NCBI GenBank assembly: GCA_902515745.1
Contig: CABXWB010000002.1
Location: 6,515-70,514, forward strand
Length of the DNA: 64,000 bases
Source of the DNA: an uncultured Alphaproteobacteria bacterium
GTDB taxonomy: Bacteria; Pseudomonadota; Alphaproteobacteria; HIMB59; GCA-002718135
Direction of reading: 5' to 3'
In this document: piece by piece, positions 57,031-64,000 of the stretch
Layout of the letters: every line of letters begins with the position of its first letter
Position numbering within the stretch: the first letter of the stretch is position 1
Made by a program: the position numbers and the translations under genes
The notes under the pieces: generated by a model
Databases searched by the model: none
What the model saw: the letters and a program-made list of their open reading frames with translations, nothing else
Told to the model about the DNA's origin: nothing

Positions 57031-59300
57031 GCTAATTCTTTTTTTACTTCTTGTTTATTAGAAAATTCAAAGTTAATTTTTTTATCTTTACATGTAATTT
57101 CAACATGCCCACCTTTAGCTAGTTTACCAAAGATAAGTTCTTCAGCCATCGGTTTTTTAACTTTTTCTTGTATTACTCTACCTAATTCTCTAGCACCGTA
57201 AACTTCATCATAACCCTCTTCAGCTAAAAATTCCTTTGCTTCTTTATTAATTGATAATGAAACCCCTTTGTCTTCGAGCTGTGCTTCAATTTCTATAATA
57301 AATTTATCTACTATCGAAAGTACAATATTTTTGGATAAATGATTAAAATGAATAATTGAGTCAATACGATTTCTAAATTCTGGTGAAAAAATTCTATTTA
57401 TTGCATCACTACTATCATCGTTAGATCGTTTTGCATTAAAACCAATTTTGTTTTTAGATACATCAATTGCACCAGCATTAGTTGTCATAATTAATATAAC
57501 GTTTCTAAAATCTATCGTCTTACCATTATGATCAGTTAGTTTTCCATAATCCATTACTTGTAAAAGAATATTGAATAAATCATAGTGGGCTTTTTCAATT
57601 TCATCCAATAACAATACACAATGAGGATTTTGATCGACTCCATCAGTTAATAACCCACCTTGGTCGAAACCTACGTAACCAGGAGGGGCTCCAATAAGTC
57701 TGCTCACGGTGTGACGCTCCATATATTCTGACATATCAAATCTAAGAAGTTTAATACCAAGTGTATTACTTAATTGTTTAGCTACCTCAGTCTTCCCTAC
57801 TCCTGTAGGCCCAGAAAATAGATATGAGCCAATTGGCTTTCCATCTTCTCTTAGTCCTGCTCTTGCTAGCTTAATGGAAGATGATAATTCTTCAATGGCC
57901 TTGTCTTGACCAAAGACGAAATTTTTCAAATCTCTCTCTAAATTTTTTAAACTGTTCTTATCACTTTGATTAACAGATTTTGTTGGAATTCTTGCCATTA
58001 AAGCAACTACTGCTTCAATATCTTTGGAAAGAATAATTTTTTTTCTCTTTTCTTCTGGTAATAAATATTGAGATGCTCCTGCTTCATCGATAACATCAAT
58101 AGCTTTATCTGGAAGCTTTCTATCGCCTATATATTTATTAGATAACTCGACTGCACTAATAATTGCTTCCGGTGAATATTTAATATTATGGTGTTCTTCA
58201 TAGTACGTTTTTAAACCCTCAAGAATTTTTACGGTCTCATCTTTCGATGGCTCCTTAACATCAATTTTTTGAAATCTTCTTACTAAAGCTCTATCTTTCT
58301 CAAAATAATTTTTAAATTCCTTATATGTTGTTGATCCAATACATTTAAGAGTACCATTTCCTAGAGACGGTTTTAATAAATTACTTGCATCCATTGAGCC
58401 TCCACTCGTTGCTCCTGCTCCGATAACTGTGTGTATTTCATCGATAAATAGAACAGCTTTGTCCTTCTTTTGTAATTCTTTAAGAACTGCTTTCAATCTT
58501 TCTTCAAAATCACCTCTGTATCTAGTGCCTGCTAATAATGCGCCCATATCTAAAGAATAAATTACAGCATCCTCCATAATTTTAGGCACTTTTTTTTCAG
58601 TAATTCTTTTTGCTAAACCTTCAGCAATCGCTGTTTTTCCAACACCAGGGTCTCCAACGAATAAAGGATTATTTTTTTGTCTTCTACATAAAATTTGAAT
58701 TGTTCTATCTAATTCTTTGCTTCTACCAATTAGCTTATCAACTTTACCATCTTTTGATTTTTCATTAAGATTTATACAAAATTGACCTAAAGCAGTTTTA
58801 GGTTTTTGTTGCGCATTATTATCATTTGTTTGACTATCTACAAATTCTTCATTTTCAAAACTTTCGTTAGCTTTTGAAATACCATGTGAGATATATTGAA
58901 CCGCATCTAATCTACTCATATTTTGTTGATGAAGAAAATATACTGCATGGCTTTCTTTCTCAGAAAATAAAGCTACAATCATATTAGCACCTGTAACACT
59001 CTCTCTTCCACTCGATTGTACGTGTATAGCAGCTCTTTGTAAAACTCTTTGAAAACCATTTGTTAGTTTTGGCTCGCCTGTAAAATTTTCTTTAAGGTTT
59101 TCTAAATCGTTAATAATAAATTTTTCAACGTTTTCTTTTAAATTTGAAATATCAACAGCACAGGCTTTAAGTACACTAATTGCATCTTGATCTTCCAAAA
59201 GAGAATATAAAAGATGCTCCAGAGTTACAAACTCATGCTTATAGTTAGTTGCTAATTGATAGGCTTCTCTTAATGTTTTTTCTAAATTTTGTGACAGCAT
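57027..59300 (-). CDS. clpA: ATP-dependent Clp protease ATP-binding subunit ClpA
   Basis: Two AAA+ modules (GDPGVGKTA and GPTGVGKTE). The N-domain starts [14 protein letters not shown] at 59300, with a TAATG overlap on the clpS stop. The ORF is open to 59321. Confidence 0.95.
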   Translation of the reverse strand: MLSQNLEKTLREAYQLATNYKHEFVTLEHLLYSLLEDQDAISVLKACAVDISNLKENVEKFIINDLENLKENFTGEPKLTNGFQRVLQRAAIHVQSSGRESVTGANMIVALFSEKESHAVYFLHQQNMSRLDAVQYISHGISKANESFENEEFVDSQTNDNNAQQKPKTALGQFCINLNEKSKDGKVDKLIGRSKELDRTIQILCRRQKNNPLFVGDPGVGKTAIAEGLAKRITEKKVPKIMEDAVIYSLDMGALLAGTRYRGDFEERLKAVLKELQKKDKAVLFIDEIHTVIGAGATSGGSMDASNLLKPSLGNGTLKCIGSTTYKEFKNYFEKDRALVRRFQKIDVKEPSKDETVKILEGLKTYYEEHHNIKYSPEAIISAVELSNKYIGDRKLPDKAIDVIDEAGASQYLLPEEKRKKIILSKDIEAVVALMARIPTKSVNQSDKNSLKNLERDLKNFVFGQDKAIEELSSSIKLARAGLREDGKPIGSYLFSGPTGVGKTEVAKQLSNTLGIKLLRFDMSEYMERHTVSRLIGAPPGYVGFDQGGLLTDGVDQNPHCVLLLDEIEKAHYDLFNILLQVMDYGKLTDHNGKTIDFRNVILIMTTNAGAIDVSKNKIGFNAKRSNDDSSDAINRIFSPEFRNRIDSIIHFNHLSKNIVLSIVDKFIIEIEAQLEDKGVSLSINKEAKEFLAEEGYDEVYGARELGRVIQEKVKKPMAEELIFGKLAKGGHVEITCKDKKINFEFSNKQEVKKELA

Positions 59301-59632
59301 TAACTTTTTTCCATTGTACATTGTAAGGGATGTTCATTTTTTTTTGCCATATCCATTACCGATTTACATTTAGACTCCGCTACCTCATAAGTAAATGTTC
59401 CACATACTCCAATACCATTTTTATGAACATGTAGCATAATTTGCGTTGCCTCTTCTTGTTTTTTATTAAATATTTTTTCTAAAACCATTACAACAAATTC
59501 CATGGGAGTATAATCATCATTTAATAATAAAACATTATACATAGAAGGTTTTTTTGTTTTTGGTTTAGTATCTAATAATAGACCCCTTTGAAAATCCTCA
59601 TTATTATTGTTATTTTGATCTTCATTTGCCAT
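59300..59632 (-). CDS. clpS: ATP-dependent Clp protease adaptor ClpS
   Basis: 110 aa. [24 protein letters not shown] and [13 protein letters not shown] are the ClpS core. Confidence 0.93.
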   Translation of the reverse strand: MANEDQNNNNNEDFQRGLLLDTKPKTKKPSMYNVLLLNDDYTPMEFVVMVLEKIFNKKQEEATQIMLHVHKNGIGVCGTFTYEVAESKCKSVMDMAKKNEHPLQCTMEKS

Positions 59633-59715
59633 ATTTATTAAATAATATGTTTTGAAATATTTTAAAGTATTTTTATGTTTGAAAGCATCGAAAATCTTAT
59701 GTTAATCAAAGAAAA

Positions 59716-60819
59716 ATGAAAAAAAAATTATTATTAATCATAATTTTAAATAGTTTTTTCATATTAAGTTTTTCATCAAATATTTTTGCTAAAAAAGCAG
59801 CTATAGTAATCGATTTTGATACCGAAGAAGTTTTATTTGAAATCAATGCTGATACCAGAAATTATCCAGCATCCCTTACAAAAATAATGACTTTATACAT
59901 TGTATTTGATTACATCAAAAAAGGAAATCTAAGCTACGATAGTCAATTGAGTGTGTCAAGCGTTGCTGCATCTAGGTCACCAAGTAAGTTATATTTAGAA
60001 GAAGGTTCAAGTATTAAAGTAAGAGATGCTGTTAATGCACTTATAATTAAATCGGCAAATGATGTAGCTACTGTGATAGCAGAAAACATAGCAGGAACTG
60101 AAAAAGAATTTGCAAAACTTATGACTCAATATGCAAAAAATATAGGCATGAGTAATACAACATTCAAGAATGCATCTGGTCTTCCTAATAGAGCTCAATT
60201 GACAACCGCCAGAGATATAGCAAAATTATCCCATGCACTTATTTCAAATTTTCCTAATGAGTATAAATTATTTAGTAATACAAAATTTTTTTATAAAGGA
60301 AAAACTTATAAAACTCATAATAAATTAATGTTACGTTATGAAGGTGCGGATGGAATTAAAACAGGATATATAAAGGCATCTGGTTTTCAATTAGCTTTTT
60401 CCGCTGTAAGGGACAATAAAAGACTCATCGGTATAATTTTTGGAGGCGATACTGGGAGCCAAAGAAATAAATCTCTTAAAATTATAATGGATAAAGAATT
60501 CGCTGAATTAAATATAAAAATAAATGATAATAAAAAAGAAATTGTTAAAAAGGAAGTAGAAATAAAAGAGGTTAAAAAAAATAATTATTCAATTGTTGTT
60601 GGAACATTTAAATACAGAAATAATGCTGAAAAACAGATTAAATTAATTAAAAGTAAATACCCAGTTTCTACAAAAGATAAAAATTCAAATGTCGTTCTCA
60701 TAAAAGTTAGCGGCAAACAACTTTATGAATCTAGATTTGAAAACTTTTCCAAAAAAGAAGCATATACAGCGTGTAAAAGATTAAAAAAATATAACCGTGA
60801 TTGTTTTGTTAGATTGTAA
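59716..60819 (+). CDS. D-alanyl-D-alanine carboxypeptidase (PBP5/6, peptidase S11) with C-terminal SPOR-like domain
   Basis: Signal peptide. SxxK (PASLTKIMT), SxN (KSANDV) and KTG (IKTGYI). The last ~75 aa (NYSIVVGTFKYRNNAEKQIKLIKSKYP...EAYTACKRLK) look like a SPOR repeat. Confidence 0.88.
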   Translation: MKKKLLLIIILNSFFILSFSSNIFAKKAAIVIDFDTEEVLFEINADTRNYPASLTKIMTLYIVFDYIKKGNLSYDSQLSVSSVAASRSPSKLYLEEGSSIKVRDAVNALIIKSANDVATVIAENIAGTEKEFAKLMTQYAKNIGMSNTTFKNASGLPNRAQLTTARDIAKLSHALISNFPNEYKLFSNTKFFYKGKTYKTHNKLMLRYEGADGIKTGYIKASGFQLAFSAVRDNKRLIGIIFGGDTGSQRNKSLKIIMDKEFAELNIKINDNKKEIVKKEVEIKEVKKNNYSIVVGTFKYRNNAEKQIKLIKSKYPVSTKDKNSNVVLIKVSGKQLYESRFENFSKKEAYTACKRLKKYNRDCFVRL

Positions 60820-62215
60820 ATTTATAATTTATACCACTTAAGGATAATTGATTTTCGATAATTTCAATTAAAGATTTAAGACCTTCTTTAGAAGTTGACT
60901 CTGCTCTACATGTTAATTGGTTTTGAGTGTTACTAGCTCTCATTAGAAACCATCCATTATCATTTTCAACTCTTATGCCATCTATGTCAATTAATATACC
61001 TTCAGTATTTTTTATCCTGTCTTTAATTTCTTCAATAATTAAAAATTTTTTTGTTTCATCAACATCGAATCTTGTTTCAGGTGTTGAAAATGTTTTAGGA
61101 TAAAAATTAATTAATTCATTTAAAGTTTTTTCCTGATTACATAATATTCTTAATAGTCGTAATGCAACGTACATAGCATCATCATACCCATAAAAATCAT
61201 CAGCATAACAAACATGACCACTCATCTCTCCAGATAATGGAGAATTCAATTCTTTCATTTTTTCTTTTATAGGTGAATGGCCAGTTTTAGACATTATAGG
61301 ATCACAGTTCAGTTTTTTTGCTTCATCAAAGAATACTTTACTACATTTAACATCCATAATTATTTTTGGATTATCATATAATTTTGAAATTTCCGTGCAT
61401 AGTAATAACATGTATTGATCTGCCCAAACTAAATTACCTAAATTATCTACAACACCTAAACGATCTCCATCTCCATCAAAAGCAAGACCTATATCGCAAT
61501 GGTTATCTTGAACAGCTTTTATTAATTGTTTCATATTCTCTGGAACCGTAGGGTCTGGATGATGATTTGGAAAATTACCATCAACTTTTTCATTTATTAA
61601 AATGTTTTCAGAATTATTTAAATTGTCCGTAATTTCTCTAATAACAGATCCCATTGCTCCGTTACCAATATCCCAAGCAATTTTTATTTTCTTATTGAGA
61701 TTAATATTTTTTAATAATCTTTTGGTATAATCTAGTTTAATATCTTTATTAATAATCTCACCTTCAAGTAATTTAAAGGTGTCTTGATCTATTATTTTTT
61801 GAAGGCTTTGGATGTTTTCAGCATAAAAAGAATGCTTATTTAAGACCATTTTAAAGCCATTATATTCTGAAGGATTGTGTGATCCTGTCACCATTATAAC
61901 AGCATCCGTTTCAAGATGATAATGAGCAAAATAAGTCATAGGGGTTGGCCCCATACCAATATTAATAACTTTTGCTCCAGAGTCTTTTAATCCCTCACAA
62001 AGAGCTTGGTGTAGGTCCGGTGATGTTAATCTTCCATCATAACCAGTAGCTATTACATTAGATTTTAATCTATTACTTACGGTATATCCAAACGTTCTAC
62101 CTATCGTATAGGCTGTATTTTGATTAATATTATCTTCAACTACACCTCTGATGTCGTACTCTCTTAAGACCTCTTTATCAAAATTTTCAATTTTCAATTT
62201 ATTTTCCAGTACCAT
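60809..62215 (-). CDS. Phosphomannomutase/phosphoglucomutase
   Basis: 468 aa. Active-site TGSHNPSEYNGFK, metal loop FDGDGDR, and GEMSGH. Confidence 0.92.
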   Translation of the reverse strand: MVLENKLKIENFDKEVLREYDIRGVVEDNINQNTAYTIGRTFGYTVSNRLKSNVIATGYDGRLTSPDLHQALCEGLKDSGAKVINIGMGPTPMTYFAHYHLETDAVIMVTGSHNPSEYNGFKMVLNKHSFYAENIQSLQKIIDQDTFKLLEGEIINKDIKLDYTKRLLKNINLNKKIKIAWDIGNGAMGSVIREITDNLNNSENILINEKVDGNFPNHHPDPTVPENMKQLIKAVQDNHCDIGLAFDGDGDRLGVVDNLGNLVWADQYMLLLCTEISKLYDNPKIIMDVKCSKVFFDEAKKLNCDPIMSKTGHSPIKEKMKELNSPLSGEMSGHVCYADDFYGYDDAMYVALRLLRILCNQEKTLNELINFYPKTFSTPETRFDVDETKKFLIIEEIKDRIKNTEGILIDIDGIRVENDNGWFLMRASNTQNQLTCRAESTSKEGLKSLIEIIENQLSLSGINYKFTI

Positions 62216-63494
62216 AATAATTAAATCCCAACTCTTTTAAATCCTCTGGAATATAAATATTTCTTAAATCAAAAATGATTTTTTCTTTTAAAATATTTGA
62301 TATTTTTTTGAAATTTAATGCCCTAAATTCATTCCATTCTGTTCCAATAATAATTGCTGATGCTCCTTCACAAGCTTCATAAGCAGAATTGAAAAAAATA
62401 AAATTTGAATTTTCTTTTTTGGCATTATTCATTGCTTCAGGATCATAACATTGAATATTATATCCTTTTTCAAATAGGTTAGATGCAATTTTTATAGAAG
62501 TAGAATCCCTAATGTCATCAGTATTGGGCTTGAAGCTTAAACCCAGAAAACAAATGGTAGATTTATTTTCAATATTTGAAACTATTTTTTTTGAAATTTT
62601 TATTATACGATCTTGGTTAGATTTATTAACAGCATTAATGATTGATAAATTAATATTTTTGTTTTTAGCATTTGAAGCAAATGCCTTAACATCTTTTGGA
62701 AAACATGAGCCACCAAATCCCGGTCCAGCATTCAAAAATTTAGATCCAATTCTTTTATCTATACCCATTGCATATGCAACTTGTTGAACATCAGCACCAA
62801 CAACTTCACACAAATCGGCAACCTCATTAATGAAGGCTATTTTTGTTGCTAGAAAACTATTTGATGCATATTTAATTATCTCTGAAGTTTCGATAGATGT
62901 AGCTACAATTGGTGTTTCTTTAAGAAATAAAGGCCTGTATAGCTCCTTCATAATATTTTCAGATTTTTTATTTTCTGTTCCAATAACTACTCTATCTGGC
63001 CTGATAAAATCATTGATTGCAGATCCCTCTCGAAGAAATTCTGGGTTGGATACAACATCAAAAAGTTTTTGATCAATTTTATTTGATATAATTTTTTTTA
63101 CTTCTCTTGTAGTTCCAACTGGAACAGTAGACTTAGTTACAACTAAACAATATTTTTTTATATTATCAGCAATTTCTTCAGCAACTTGCCAAACAAAACT
63201 TAAATCAGCCTCATCCTCTAATCTTCTTGTTGGAGTTCCTACAGTAATAAAAATTATATCTGTTTTATCTAAGTTATTTTTAATGTTTGATTCAAAAGAT
63301 ATTAATTTTGTTTTATTAATATGCTTGTCTAAAAGGTCGTCCATACCTGGTTCAAAAAATGGGCACTTTCCTGATTTAAGCATTTCAAGGCGTTTAATAT
63401 CTTTGTCTATACATGTTACAGAATAACCAAATTCGGCAAAGCATGCTCCTGTTACCAACCCAACATAACCGGTACCAACTATAGTAAGATTCAT
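62199..63494 (-). CDS. ugd: UDP-glucose 6-dehydrogenase
   Basis: 431 aa. N-terminal Rossmann GTGYVGLVTGACFA and catalytic GFGGSCFPKD. Confidence 0.93.
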   Translation of the reverse strand: MNLTIVGTGYVGLVTGACFAEFGYSVTCIDKDIKRLEMLKSGKCPFFEPGMDDLLDKHINKTKLISFESNIKNNLDKTDIIFITVGTPTRRLEDEADLSFVWQVAEEIADNIKKYCLVVTKSTVPVGTTREVKKIISNKIDQKLFDVVSNPEFLREGSAINDFIRPDRVVIGTENKKSENIMKELYRPLFLKETPIVATSIETSEIIKYASNSFLATKIAFINEVADLCEVVGADVQQVAYAMGIDKRIGSKFLNAGPGFGGSCFPKDVKAFASNAKNKNINLSIINAVNKSNQDRIIKISKKIVSNIENKSTICFLGLSFKPNTDDIRDSTSIKIASNLFEKGYNIQCYDPEAMNNAKKENSNFIFFNSAYEACEGASAIIIGTEWNEFRALNFKKISNILKEKIIFDLRNIYIPEDLKELGFNYYGTGK

Positions 63495-63610
63495 TTTTTA
63501 AGATTTTTCTTTTATTTTGCTAAATAAACTAAATATTGTTTGTTTGTTATAAAATAATATTGAGAAAATTACTGGAAAATTATTTATTTTTTATTAATTA
63601 TTAAGAAAAT

Positions 63611-64000
63611 ATGTCAAATAATAATAAAATACAAACTGGTATAAATAACATATCAAATGAGTGGTTTAGGGCAAATATAGATCGCAAAACACTTAAAAAT
63701 CTCTCTAAAAGAACAGATTATGAGGGGTGGAAGCATATTATAATATTTACATTATCTCTAACTGGACTAGGCATACTTTCAGCTTACTTCTGGCAAACTT
63801 GGTGGTTTATTCCTCTATACCTTGCTTACTGTATGTTTTGGGGAGGTGCAGATGCTATTTGGCATGAGTGCGGTCACAGAACAGCATTTAGAACTCGTAA
63901 GCTAAATGATTTGTTTTACCATATTGCAAGCTTTATGAATAATTTTGAACCAGTAAGATGGAGATGGAGTCATTCTCTTCATCATAGTTATACAGCCTCA
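63611..64000 (+). CDS. Fatty-acid desaturase-family membrane protein (partial; continues beyond the window)
   Basis: Not in the ORF track. My translation from the ATG at 63611 is MSNNNKIQTGINNISNEWFRANIDRKTLKNLSKRTDYEGWKHIIIFTL...WHECGHRTAFRTRKLND...RWRWSHSLHHSYTAS. It contains His boxes HECGH and HSLHH. Confidence 0.8.
   Translation, partial: MSNNNKIQTGINNISNEWFRANIDRKTLKNLSKRTDYEGWKHIIIFTLSLTGLGILSAYFWQTWWFIPLYLAYCMFWGGADAIWHECGHRTAFRTRKLNDLFYHIASFMNNFEPVRWRWSHSLHHSYTAS

Noticed and set aside
28471-63072. Remaining short antisense or overlapping ORFs (28471-28656, 33317-33505, 38235-38522, 39829-40011, 40684-40869, 47285-48146 set, 48269-48559, 50776-50973, 54550-54810, 55205-55435, 55538-55720, 60007-60198, 61366-61551, 62512-62787, 62830-63072).
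   Set aside because: They overlap better-supported genes, or the tRNA-Thr in the case of 50776-50973. Their sequences are low-complexity, so I treat them as spurious.

Overview
The window is AT-rich (roughly 30% GC by eye) and very gene-dense, about 95% coding, with many 1-8 nt gene overlaps and several convergent genes that share stop codons. Composition, gene content and synteny look like a streamlined marine alphaproteobacterium of the SAR11/Pelagibacterales type. That assignment is inference; no search was run.

Gene content by region:
- 1-14.6 kb (minus strand): core block nuoI(partial)-H-G-F-E-D-C-B-A, tRNA-Asp, tRNA-Val, hupB, lon, clpX, clpP, tig, tRNA-Leu, tRNA-His.
- 14.6-21.3 kb (plus strand): aminotransferase and a PII protein, two tandem glutamine-riboswitch aptamers, glnA, parE, glpK.
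- 21-32 kb: GATase1, orphan iolE-like gene overlapping a cytochrome c-prime gene, two amino-acid ABC permeases, a GT9 glycosyltransferase, tRNA-Phe, yacG (unlisted 59 aa), infA, hisD, hisG, murA, a DUF2256 zinc ribbon, and a 10-TM metal transporter divergent from mntR with a perfect palindromic operator.
- 32-41.8 kb: a tightly packed 9-gene minus-strand operon (CUT1 sugar ABC binding protein and two permeases, a 720-aa ADP-ribosylglycohydrolase fusion, aldo/keto reductase, MFS, C-N hydrolase, SAM methyltransferase), divergent from an HpcH-type aldolase.
- 41.8-51 kb: ABC-F ATPase, kappa-like and mu-like GST homologues, two tandem paralogous genes of unknown function built from an internally duplicated ~100-aa module, a second and architecturally atypical CUT1 ABC system, tRNA-Thr.
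- 51-64 kb: DUF4174, GST, pdxJ, LysE, dipeptidase, cyclophilin, RidA, DUF482, clpA/clpS, a PBP5-SPOR fusion, PMM/PGM, ugd, and a partial fatty-acid desaturase.

I saw no rRNA, CRISPR array, transposase, integrase or prophage signature.

The most interesting items are:
- the PII / tandem glutamine riboswitch / glnA module;
- the ADP-ribosylglycohydrolase-centred transport and catabolic operon;
- the uncharacterised duplicated-module gene pair beside the atypical ABC transporter.

All product calls rest on motifs I recognise in the supplied translations. No BLAST, HMM or covariance-model search was possible.
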